From the NCBI GenBank assembly GCA_013265495.1, contig MU057560.1, positions 694,753 through 758,752 on the forward strand: 64,000 bases of DNA, written 5' to 3'. Below, piece after piece: positions 39,201-52,373 of this stretch. The translations under genes were made by a program, and so were the position numbers. The stretch comes from Vicugna vicugna. Taxonomy: Eukaryota. Under the pieces are notes generated by a model. That model worked only from the letters and a program-made list of their open reading frames with translations. It was not told the origin of the DNA and ran no database searches. The number at the start of each line of letters is the position of its first letter. The stretch's first letter is position 1.

Positions 39201-40319
39201 CGGCGCCCCTCCCCCCACCACGTTGCCATTTAAAAATATTCTGTCAATGCTTAGTTAAAAATAAGACTTACTTAAGAGACCAAAAAAATGCAATCCAACT
39301 TTTATTGAAGACTATCCAGTGGTAAGAATACCTGTGTATTATATTATGCTTTAGACATTCAATAAAGAATTCATTAAGGATGATTTTTCACAATGCAGTC
39401 ATCAAAACAGCCTTAAATATTGTTAAAAGCGCATTCGAGCGCCCGTCCTGAGTTCTAGCAGGCTTTTAATTTCAGGTCACCGATCATCTATTTTCTTCTC
39501 TTCTTTTACTATCAAGAACTTAGGCTACATAGTTTTTTTTTTAAAAATTTATCAAGACTATTAGTTTCCAGTCCGAAGCCAAATTATTACGTTACTGATT
39601 TCCTTAACTCAGTTTCTACCTCACCACAGAAAATGTCCGATTCATCTATAATTGAAACATAAAATACATGCAGAGGTTTCCGTTTTTCAAAATACATAGA
39701 CTCAGCCTTATAAATGGGTCTGTGTTGTCAACAAGTTTTAGAACTGCAGCAGAGGGCCGCCACGTAAAATCACCAGCACAGAGAACTGTCAATTGTAAAC
39801 TCTGGTTCAATTATCCGTGGCTAAAATAAATGTCCCACCAATGACTACATCAGTCGATCATGTTGGGGGGGAGGGGAGGAAGGTAAACAATTCCAGAAAT
39901 CCAATTCTATATTGAGAACCTTGTTAACACCATCCGCCCTTTCTCCTCCCAAGTGTACTGCTGAAATCTGAGGGTTCCTAGAAATGAAACAGCCACAGAC
40001 AAGAAATCTGTCCAGCCGCAGCAAAAGCTCGCTGGCTTCACATCCCAGGACTGAGGGCTGGGGCGGAGGCTCGCCCCGAAGGGGAGGGAGGCTGGGGGAA
40101 GCTGGGCCTGGGAGCACAGGGGCAAAAGAGGCAGGGGAGTGGGAGGTGAGGAAGAAAGGGCGCGGGGCCTCTTTGGCCTAGCGGCTCCCAGTAGTGAGTG
40201 AATGCTTCCATTTGGCCTGCGCAATTCTCTGTAAAGACGGCGAGACCAAATCTTGATAAACCATCTCAGTAGGTTAGGAAGAGAGTCGTGCTGATTTTGC
40301 ACCGAGTTTCAGTTAGCCA

Positions 40320-41450
40320 CAGAAAACCTCCCCCACCCCGGGCGCCTCAGCTCTGAGAGGGAGAACTCGATGGCTGGCGCTCTGGGCCTCCCCGCAGCCT
40401 CCCTGCCTCCCTCGGCGCGGGCCCCAGGGAAAGGGGGGGCGGAAGGCGCGAAACGGGAGCCGGAGCCAGGGGCGCGCGTGCCCGGCCGCCAGGGCCCGGA
40501 GACACGGCTGGGTCTGGAAAAACGAGTGGAGGAGGAAAGGGTGGACTGGCCGGACACAGTCCGCAGCGAGCCCCCAAGGAAGCAGCTGGAGAAGGAGAAT
40601 CGATCAAGAAGCCGAACCACCTTCCCGGAGGCGGCCTTCCCGGAGGCAAATTCCGAAGCGGCCCCCGAGCCCCAGCGCTGCAAGGGCGCTGGGTGCCGGG
40701 GTGCGGCCCGCGCCTCCTCCCGGGCTGGCTTTCTTTCTCCCGCCGCACAGCCTGGCGGCTCCCCTCCCCAGCCGGCGGGCCTCCCGGCCCCGGCTCGGGT
40801 ATCCCGCGCGGGCTCAGGCCCCAGGGCGGGGTGCACCGAGGCGCACGCGGCCAAGGCCGCCGCCCAGGCACTCAGCACCTCCATCCCCTTCGGGGGCTCG
40901 GCCCGCGCGGACGCCCCGGGGGCCGCGGCTCCGGTGGCCTAGTGGCCGTGCCATGTTCCCTCCCCCCGCGGCCCTGGGCCAACCTTCCGCGCCTTCCTTC
41001 CGCAGCCTGGGACCCGCCGCGCCCCGCGCTCCCGCGGCCCCGAGGGCACAGGGAAGACAAGACACCGGCCACGACCACCTCTCCCCTGACCAAGGCAGCG
41101 CTCGAGATCGAGAACTGTGGCCGCGCTTCCCACCAGCATCCACCTCTGCGCACACGCGGAGATGCAGCGTCCAAAAAAAAAAAAAAAAATTCAAAATTGG
41201 AAAAGGCTGTCCCCACCCAATGAGGAGGGAGAACGGCAGGGATCTTAGCGCCCTCAGCGCTGGCCGCCCTTGGGCGGCTGTCACCGCGACGCGCAACCCA
41301 GGCAGAGAACGCGGACCACCCCCCACCTCCCACCAAGCCCAGGACACTGACCGCGCGCTGGTCACCCGGTCCTCGCCAAGCCTGCCCCTCCCGGCCTGCT
41401 CCCTGAACCTCTCCGCGCCGCCCCGCAGCCAGCCAGGATGGGTGGGGAGA
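40320..41450. promoter_or_regulatory. Second CpG island, inside the SOX11 3'UTR
   Basis: A ~1.1 kb block with dense CpG/GC, embedded in otherwise AT-rich UTR sequence. Confidence 0.85.
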
Positions 41451-41873
41451 GGGGACGGGAGTCGAGGAGGAGGAGGTAAGAAAGGAAATGGGGGTGGGGA
41501 AGAAAAGGAAGGCAGAGAGAAAGAATCCTCCTCCTTGGTTTTTAATAACTAGCCAGAGAAGGAAGGGAGAAAACGAAATCGGCCTGCCCATGGAGCACTT
41601 TCAGCCTAAGCCCCCTAAATGTGGAATTCTCTTCCGCCACCTCCCACCGGTGCACACAAGGGCCTTGTCACTGAATGCGCTGCGACAACAGAACCGCCAG
41701 TATGACTTCCATAGAGACTATTGGCGATGCGAGTTTCTATCAGTTCCAGCTGATTTATTAAAATTGTCAAGATACAGACTTCCAGCACACAAAAAAAAAA
41801 CAGGCAATGATGTCGACAGTGCATTGAGTCTGCTTTGCCACCATTTGCTACAAAATATGCAGATGGTCTGTAC

Positions 41874-41879
41874 TTTATT
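41874..41879 (-). terminator. Candidate proximal polyadenylation signal AATAAA (~3 kb mRNA isoform)
   Basis: TTTATT on plus. Several UGUA motifs lie upstream on the mRNA, and a U/GU-rich element (GTTTTTTTTTTGTGTG on minus, ~41786-41801) lies downstream. Confidence 0.7.
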
Positions 41880-43167
41880 TAGATTATATTGCACAAAATG
41901 AGAAACTTTTTAAACTATGTGCCTTTTTTTTTCTTTTTGCTAAAAATCGAGAATCCAGTTTCAAACCTTCCATCTGGGGCCCCATCCACATATCACAGCG
42001 CATGAGATACATAAAGTCCTACTATAGTACAGTACATATACAATCTTTAAACTAAGATAACAGCTCTGAGGTCTATATCACCATTTTCAATAAATCTTTA
42101 CCTACAAATATTGAACAAATCTCTACTATAGCTGTACAAAAGAAAGTTTGCTTTTTTTAAACCACAAGGCCTTTAGATGCAAGGATTATTTTAAAATTTT
42201 AATCCTTTTTAAACCAGGACATAACGTACCAACATACTTGCATGCTAAAAAACAGAGGAAAAAAAAAGAAATCAAAAGGGAAGAAGTGCCTGAAAGTCTT
42301 ACTGAAAAAACACAGCAAGAATGTTCCCTTTTCACTGTACAAAAATACGCCTGAAAATATATTAATTTTTAAAAAAGACTGAGGTCTGTTATGTATCAAA
42401 AATGTTTCAATACCTTTTGTACTGAGGTCTAGGCTGTCTGGTATTCAATCAAGGAGGTATAAGGGAACAAGTTACAAAAAAAAAGTTGGCAAGTAGAAAT
42501 CACATTTGTAAAACCATAAACAATTTGATCTGAAAAGTAAACTCTGATCTTAAGTCAGTTCACAGTTTTGTTTTGTTTTTTTGTAAGCGTTTGTACAGTC
42601 TGCATTTTTTCAAGCTCCCTGCAGTTTTGTTAAGAATCGGATGCATAGAAGACATCAGTTTTCTCCCTCCAAAAAAATAAAATAAAATAAAAAATTTGCC
42701 ATGGTCCCTTTTTTTGTTTTTGTGTTTGTTTTAAAAAAAATCACCAGTTCTTTAAGATCTCTTAAGAAAAAAAAAATCTCCAACCAACTCCCTAGCGTTA
42801 ACAGTTGTGCTGCCCAAAGGGTCCTCTCCAGACGTCTTCCAGACTTCAAAGACCGACAAGCTTCAAACAGCGCCTTCCGGAGCGGGTCCTCCCTCCCCTC
42901 CCCCGCCCCGTCCCCTCCGCCTTTGTTGCAATCGCAAATTTCAGGAAAAAGAAATAGTAATTACAAAAACACATTTGGGGGGGAAAATCACAACTCCAGA
43001 CTAGGTATGCAACTACCTTGAGACACGATAAAGGGGGGAGGGGCAAAAAAAGGACAGGGAAAATGTTTAAAAACTACTCATTTCACTTTAACTCCACCAA
43101 CATTTTCATCTTTTCCAATTTCTTTGTCACGACATCATATCAATATCAGCATCTTCTTCTCTCCCCT

Positions 43168-43237
43168 CCACCCTACCACCACCACCATCGACACCACCAC
43201 CACCACCACCACCACCACCATCATCACGACCACCACG
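43168..43237. repeat. Imperfect (CCA)n/(TGG)n trinucleotide repeat just 3' of the SOX11 stop codon
   Basis: ccaccaccaccatcgacaccaccaccaccaccaccaccaccaccatcatcacgaccaccacgac. Confidence 0.9.
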
Positions 43238-43302
43238 ACTTCCTCCCAAGGAACCCTGCTCTGCACCCGCTGAGAGAAAGAGCGAGAAGCCGGGCGCCCC
43301 TC

Positions 43303-45210
<1,908 letters not shown>

Positions 45211-48200
45211 GCGTGTGCGCACAGATGCGCCTCTCCCCGGGATGCTTGGGAGCCGCGCACGGCCCCGCGGTAGGCTGGAGCGCCCGGGGCGAACCGGGCT
45301 AGTCCCGGCGCAGGAGCGAACCAAGGACGAGGTCCCGGGAGAGGCCGGCGCCCCTTTGTGCCCGGTCCCCCGGAGGCGCGTCGGTGCGAGCAGACGAGGC
45401 GCGCTCACTGCCCGCGTGCGCGCGCTCGGGCACGCGCACAGCCTGAGATGGCGGGTGCAGCCCGGCCCTGCCCGGGTGGGCGCAGCTGCTCCTCGGCGCG
45501 CCCCCAGGTCTCAGCCGCTCCCCCGCGCCGCGCGCCACCCGAGGCCGCCTGGAGAGTCCGCTGCGCCCCCGGCCGACGGAAGGTGGCGCTTTAACACAAC
45601 AACCTTCTTCGGGCACGTGGACTCCTTCCTTCTCCCTTTCTCCTTTTCTCTAAGGCAAAGAAATCCACTTAAAGCCCAAGAGGCTGTATTCTCCCTCCCC
45701 CGTTTGCATTTTCTGTTGTGTGCTTTTTCTCCGTCTGTTTTCCTTCCTCCGCGGTGTTTGGAGACGCCGCCGTGCGGGTTTGGCGGCGCCGGGGCCCCGC
45801 GCGCCCCGCCCCTGGCGGAGGCCGGAGTAACGGTCCATGGGGCTCGGCTGGGGCTGGAGCCTAGCGTTCAATCTGGCCACTCCCCAAGCTGGATCTAAAC
45901 CGGGTCCGGGACCAGAGAGCTGCAGCATAGCCCCGCCCCTCCCTCACTTGCCCCCCTCCTCTCCCGCCCCTCGCCCGGACCCCTCCCCCCAGCTCCCCCA
46001 CTCCTTCCCAGTCCTCCTCGTCCTCTTTGTCCCCTCCCCCATCTCGGTCACCAGCACCCTCCAGAGCAGCTTCGTCAAGGAGCTGGCACTCCTTCTGGGT
46101 CACTCGCTATTTCAGCTGAACAACGTCGACCGAAGAAAGGCAAGGAGCACCCCAAGTTTCAGGTCGAAATATTGCCTGTGTCAGGGGCAAGGTGGGACGG
46201 ACCGCACGTGGGACGTGGACACCGTGAGCAGGCTAGCTGAGGTCCAACAGCCTGTGCCCCGTCGATCTTGCTCTGCTACTGCCAAACCCGTTTTCCTTTG
46301 TGTGTATTCGGTCCCTGTTTCCCATCTACGGCTATTCTGGGGATTAATTAAGAGAAAACCGCCGCTTCCTATTCCTTCTCGGTCGTCATCCCCATCTTCA
46401 CACCCGCCAGTGTCGGGGAGCTGGCAACTTTGAATAGTTCTGAGATACTGCCCAGGGGATTTCACCAGAGAAGTCAGCCGCTTAGGACTAGGAAAAATAC
46501 CCAAACCTGCGTCCTTTCAGGTGCCTTCTCTGCGGGGAGGAAAAAAAACTACTTCGTTACCTAAGCTTTGCCGCTTTTCTGACGTCTTTAAAACGTAAAA
46601 TGGAACCATGTTTTCACAGATCTTTTTTTTTAAATTATCACCATCGCCCAAGCCCCCTCCCCCCCCACCTATGTGCATCCTAAAGAAAAACACCGTATCC
46701 AATACTTGTTGTATTCAGGCTAATAATGCTGGCAGTTTATTTTTAAGAGCCAAAGGAACCAAAATAATTTACAGTCATTCTTTGATGGGCTAACTTGAAG
46801 TCTGGAGAGGTATAAAACCCAAGGCAGTGTGTGAAAATTCATCTTCACTCCTGCAAGGCAAAAACTGCGTCTTGTTTTTCTCTCTCTCCTCACACATTCC
46901 CGGCTATTCCAGCTACTGGGAACACCACCGGGTGGGGGCTGGACTGGGTGGTGACCCTACACCTCTCTACACCCCGACACACGATACATCCACACTCTAG
47001 CTAGAGGGCTTGAGATAATTTAGCTCAGTTGCAGTATTTTCCTGCAAACCACAAAGGCACCTAAGCATCTTAGGCTCTAAAAGAGAAAATGCATTTGAAA
47101 ATCTGGCAAATTCAGTGTAATGTGCCTTCTTCACTCTAGAGCAAAAATCAGATTTAACTATTCATTTATTTAATACTTTATGCAAAAACATTAAGATCTT
47201 TTATTTTCCGTTTTCTCTTGGCCTTTGTTGCAGAGAGTCCTAAAATCTATTCTTTGGAATACATAAGGAAGCCACGTTCACATTCTACTTAAAGCACCTT
47301 TTTTTTTTCAACTTTATTTTTTATTAGGTTTAACTTTAGAATGAGCAATACGTGCATACAGTAGGACTGAAAAATCATGGGCTTTCTGCCCATAGTGTTG
47401 CAATCTTCTTAGAGGAAATAATAAGGTAAAATTTGTTCTTTCACATGAGAAATGTAACTTGTGTTCTAAGAAAAATGGGCCATTTGCTGGGGACGGGAAA
47501 GCTGGAGGCAGGGGGTGTTTATTAGTCTGGGCTGAATGGAAGTGATGAGGGTGAGCGGGTCAGCCCTGGGAGTCGATGAGTCTTTAATAAGCAGCAGAGA
47601 CTGGAAGGGTGAAGCCGGCCTTGCTGGGGTCTCAGGAATGTGGTTGAGCAGATTTCTCCCTCTGCCACAGGCAAGGTAAGAGTTTTCAGAAGGGATTGAC
47701 TAGATTGCTATTTTTTAACATGGGTCCACCCCTCATATTAAATGTTAGCTAATTTAGTTAGGACTAGGTGAGGAAAAGCAAAAAAACAAAAAAAACTAAA
47801 TAACTCCTCTCTATTTTTTTCTTTTGGCTCCCTAAGGAACCACATTTTTAAATAAATATAACCTTTTTTAAAAAGAAATGGGAACATTTTTGAGATCTGT
47901 AGGTTTCTTACGGGAACAGTCTCTGCTCATGAAAACCAGATGTTGGGAACATCAGCGGTAACCAAGTATTAAAGAGACTCTTAGGGCTTCTCAGTACACC
48001 TCTTGGAGGTCTAATCTGGTCAAATGGAAATGTAGCTGCTGTTTTTTAAACCACTGAACCAGGATTAGACTCACCGGTCACCTGCTTATAGCCAGTATCC
48101 ACATCATATTTGTGTGTATATCCACCTATATAATCGTTTTTAAGTAATGTATGCAATTTTATTACTAACAATAGACACTGTTGGATATATAATTAATGTT

Positions 48201-48301
48201 CAGAATCTTAAGATTTGCTTTTGATTATCAGAGCTGCACATGACTATTTTTATGATGATTGTTGTCTTTTTACAATTGCATCTTTATAAAAAAACATTTA
48301 T

Positions 48302-48398
48302 GGGGGCTCTAGCTCAGAGGCAGAGCGTCTGCTTAGCATGTACGAGGTCTTGGATTCAGTGCCCAGTACTTCCATTAAAACATATATATATTTATAAA
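48302..48398 (+). mobile_element. tRNA-Ala-derived SINE (Vic-1-like), diverged
   Basis: GGGGGCTCTAGCTCAGAGGCAGAGCGTCTGCTTAGCATGTACGAGGTCTTGGATTCAGTGCCCAGTACTTCCATT followed by an AT-rich tail. Confidence 0.85.
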
Positions 48399-48813
48399 GA
48401 CTGTTATATAAGAGCATAAGGTATTCTACAAAATCTCTCAAAATTATGAAAACACAGTTAAAACAAATATGAAATGTTCTTTTTTCTTTTGAAGAAGAAA
48501 CTTTTGCTAAGTAAATAATACACTGAAAATATCACCGGGATAATATCCGACTCACTGAATGGAATACGCCATTTTTAGAAGTGTTCTGACTCCAAGCATG
48601 TCTCTGCTGCGGAAAGGATGCTGGGCAGGAGGGCCCCCTCCCTTTCTTCTCCTGGGACCTCCTGTCTGAGATGAGCCCTCTGTTCCTCTGCGTTCAGCTC
48701 CATCAGACCTGTCCTGAGTTAGGGTCTGAGTATCTTCTGCCTACGGAACATCCCCCTTGCATGTCCCTTAGATGTGGTAATAGGTGTACGTTGAACTCAA
48801 GCTACCTTCCAGG

Positions 48814-48843
48814 CACACACGCACACACACACACACACACACA
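48814..48843. repeat. (CA)n microsatellite
   Basis: cacacacgcacacacacacacacacacaca. Confidence 0.9.
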
Positions 48844-49714
48844 ATTGCTCACTGCTGCTCTTCGTATATTTCCTAACTTTGTGAAACACACCACAACATA
48901 CATGTTCATTAAAATTGACTGTGGACAGCATCTCAGAATCATTACACACACATAGACTAAAACACTGAGGTCGTCTTAGGGTGAATATTTTTGTCTCAAA
49001 GGATTTCAAAAGGTCACCGTGATCTGACTCCTGCCTGACTCTCCAGATCCCAACCTTCCCCCATTCTTCTCGGCATGCTTCCGGGTTCTTTGTATTTATT
49101 CTGCACACCTGGAACTTTCCTTCCACCCAATCGTTGCGTTTGGAGCCATTCACTGGGCTCGACCTTAGGTGTGACACCCCTCCCCGCCACAAACAGGCTG
49201 CCGTGACCATCAGTCCCCTGCTGGCCCGTCACACGGCAGTAGCTGAGGTAAATCTTGCTATATTCTCACTTGTTGATGCTCTGACTCTCCCAGCCGGAGA
49301 GAACGCACCACGGAGGCGGAGGGCATAGGGCAGGGACTCTGAAATGATGAAACACAATTTTACATCATGGCCAGTACACACCCTGCAGGAACCAAAGAGT
49401 CACAAATTAGCAGGTCTCCTTGTGAAGCACAATTCAGGCCATTGTCTATTCCATTTCTTTAAACAATGTTGCTAAAGCCCACTGAATTCACCTATTAAAG
49501 AAGTGCTACTGAAGTTAAAAACACCGGGTTGAGAGCTGAGACTTGGAACGTTCTGCCTTGGATTGAGATTTCTGTATCTGGTGGCCTTCCTTTTATTGGT
49601 GGGTATCATCATGCAGCCCTTGATTTTTATTTAATAAGAAGAAAATAATTACACAAACTGCCTCTGCAATGAATGTCCTGTCTTATTATATTAATCATAT
49701 GAGCTATGTGTTCT

Positions 49715-50884
49715 TTTTTTTAAAAGACAGACTATTTTTAAGAGTAGTTTTAGCAAACTCAGCAAAACTCAGTGGGAAGTAGAGAGAATTACCCTGTGCC
49801 GGCGGTCCCCACTCAGGCACAGCCTTCCTCTTCATCAGCATCCCCACCAGATGGTACATTTGTTAAAAGTGATGAACTTACACTGACACATTGTTATCAC
49901 CCACGTTCCGTAGTGTACATCCGGGCTCCACCCTTGGTGCTGTGTATTCTCTAGGTTTTGACAAATGGGCAATGACATGTATCCATAATTATCATTTCAT
50001 GCAGAGTAGTTTCAATGCCCTAAATATATCCTTCATGCTCCCCTCTAAAAATCATCCCTCCCATCGCCCTCCAACCTCTGGCCACCACTGCCTTTTTTAG
50101 TGTCTCCATAGTTTTTATTTTTCTAGAATGTCTCATACTTGGAATCATGGAGTGTGTAGCCTTTTCAGACTGGCTTCTTTCACTTGCTCGCGTGCATATA
50201 AAGTTCCTCCATATCTTTTCATGGCTTGATATCTCATTCCTTTTTAGCAGTGAATATTATTCCATTGCATGGATGTTACCGCAGCGTATTTATCCATTCA
50301 CCTTCTTAAGGACATTTAGGTTGCTTCCAAGTTTTGGCAATTATGAATAAAGCTGCTATAAATATTCACAGGGAGGTATTTATGTAGTTATAAGGTTTTG
50401 ATTCTTTTGGGCAAATGCCAAGAATTATGATTGCTGGATCACCTAGTAAGAATATGTTTAATTTGGGAAAAATTTGTCAAACTGCCTTCCAAAGTGACTG
50501 TACCATTTTGCACTCCCATGAGCAACGCGTGAGAGTTCCTGTTGGCCCACGTGCTCATCAGCATTTGGTGATGTCGGTATTTGGGATTTTAGCCATTCTG
50601 CTAGGGGTGTGCTGGCATCCCCTTGTTGTTTTAACCTGCATTTCCCTGATGACATTTGCTGTGGAGCATCCTCTCATGTGCTTACATGCTGTCTGTATAT
50701 CTTCTTTGATGAGGTGTCTGTTCATGTCTTGTGCCCCTTTTTGAAACAGGTCCATTTTCTTATTGCTCAGTTTTAAGAATTCTCTGTACATTTTGGACAA
50801 CAGTCCTTTATCAGATGTGTCTTTTGCAGAGATTTTCCCCTAGTCTGTGGCTTGTCTTCTCATTCACTTGACAGTGTTTTTCAA
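49715..50884 (-). mobile_element. Ancient LINE-1 3' end (L1MC/L1MD-like)
   Basis: Typical old-L1 3'UTR (CCCCACCAGATGGTACATTTGTT, TTCAGACTGGCTTCTTTCACTT). The minus-strand ORF MSKMYREFLKLSNKK...REMQVKTT resembles the L1 ORF2 C-terminus. Confidence 0.88.
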
Positions 50885-51040
50885 GTAAGTTACTTAACCT
50901 CTCTGGTGCCTCAGTTTTCTCATGTATAAAATGGGATGGTAGTGACTACCTTATAAAACTGTTGTGTGAGCAAACAGGTGTCTGATACGAGTGCTTTATG
51001 AGATGCCCGCCAGTGTTACTATTGTTATTGTTTTAATCAT
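50885..51040 (+). mobile_element. MIR SINE fragment
   Basis: AAGTTACTTAACCTCTCTGGTGCCTCAGTTTTCTCATGTATAAAATGGG. Confidence 0.8.
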
Positions 51041-52167
51041 TTACTCCCAATGCTTCTAAAGTAGTCCCTGGCACAGAGTGGCTATTCTGTAAACGTCTAC
51101 TGAAAGAATGAATCTTCACATTTGTTCACATAACCCAGTAAGCTCAGGCAGCTCTTCTCCCAAATCACTCCTGAACCCATTCCCTTCTGCCCATTTCTAC
51201 CGTCGCTGCGTGCATGTCGACTCCACCCAGTAGTCTAGCAGAATTTTATCACAGACACCAAGCCACTGGCCTCCCTGCCCCCACACTGCAACCAGACTCT
51301 TCCTTCCGGCGTGAAAATTGGACACAGGGCTCTCCAAATTCATGTTCTTTGAAGCTCTTCACCCTTGAACAAAACCAGCTCCCCTTGGCAATTCAAGTAA
51401 GGCGTGTGTGTTTTCTCTTTCACCTGTTTCACCACAAACAAAAACACAGAGGAGCACTGGGGCAGCCAGCGCAGGGCACTGGCTTCCAAATCTGTTCGGA
51501 CCACGACCTGCCACATGAAGTACATTTGACATATGACCCGGCGCACGCACACTAGGCAGAAATACAAGTGAAGCCAGCTGCGGGAGGGATGTTTGTGGCT
51601 CCAGGTAAAGCATTGTCACAAGTCCACACTGGTCTTCTCAACAAGGTGTTTGCTAGAACTTGATTTCTTTTGTAATTTAAACAATCTTTATTTAAGAAAA
51701 TATATTACTCAACTTTCTTTCCTTTATTTTGTTTTATTTATTTTTTGAGACCCTGCTCTGGAAAAGGCATTCACCTGGGCACCCCAGGGATTATTTTTAT
51801 ATCTAAAGAAGGTGAATAGCTGTTTCCTAAAAGCACATATTTTTAGTGTCAACAAAGCTGCCCTGTTACACCAACTGCTCCCGTGCTCTGCTGCTCCAGG
51901 AAAAGGACAGGGTGGGGCGGGGGGGAGGTGGGGAGCCGCTCCTGCACAATTATGCTAATCCTTTACCATCAGAACAAAAGAGGACGAACAGAAGCTCTAC
52001 AAAAATGCCTGAGTGCACTTCCTGGACTTGCAGCCTGTAAGGGAAGGAGAGAGGACAGTTGTCCACCCTTCCTGGGCTGAGAAGCCTGTCCCCCTAGAGA
52101 CAGGCTGCACCCCTTTCTGTATCAGCATCCTTGTCTTATACACTGAAGAAGACGACATGCATGGTTT

Positions 52168-52194
52168 TGTGTGTGTGTGTGTGTGCGTGTGTGT
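52168..52194. repeat. (TG)n microsatellite
   Basis: tgtgtgtgtgtgtgtgtgcgtgtgtgt. Confidence 0.9.
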
Positions 52195-52228
52195 TTAAAG
52201 GAGTGTGAAATAAAAAGGAATGGATAAA

Positions 52229-52373
52229 GGGGGAGTGTAAAGCTCAGTGGTAAAAGCATGTGCAGGAGGTCCTGGGTTCAATCCCCAGTACCTCCACTAA
52301 AATAAACAAATAAACCTAATTACCTCCCTGACCAAAATAACTAATTAAAAAGTTAAGTGAATTTAAAAAAAAA
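52229..52373 (+). mobile_element. tRNA-Ala-derived SINE (Vic-1-like) with a small internal deletion
   Basis: GGGGGAGTGTAAAGCTCAGTGGT...GAGGTCCTGGGTTCAATCCCCAGTACCTCCA, with a tail similar to the 5082-5226 copy (AAATAAACCTAATTACCTCCC) and poly(A). Confidence 0.87.

Larger units (their letters stand above)
36265..43302 (-). other. SOX11: SOX11 long 3'UTR (~7 kb)
   Basis: No recognisable interspersed repeats. AU-rich with many U-tracts on the mRNA strand, ending at an AATAAA followed by a GU/U-rich element. Length fits the known very long SOX11 3'UTR. Confidence 0.75.

Noticed and set aside
40925..41265. CTCF-like motifs in the 3'UTR island (GGCCTAGTGGCC ~40936; GCGCCCTCAGCGCTGG ~41248)
   Set aside because: Three or more mismatches to the core consensus by eye. 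A PWM scan or ChIP data would be needed.
40309..41591. Several 170-283 aa ORFs on both strands in the 3'UTR CpG island
   Set aside because: Pro/Arg/Gly/Ala-rich low-complexity translations in overlapping frames, as expected from GC-rich DNA. Some cross an A17 homopolymer and none has a recognisable domain.
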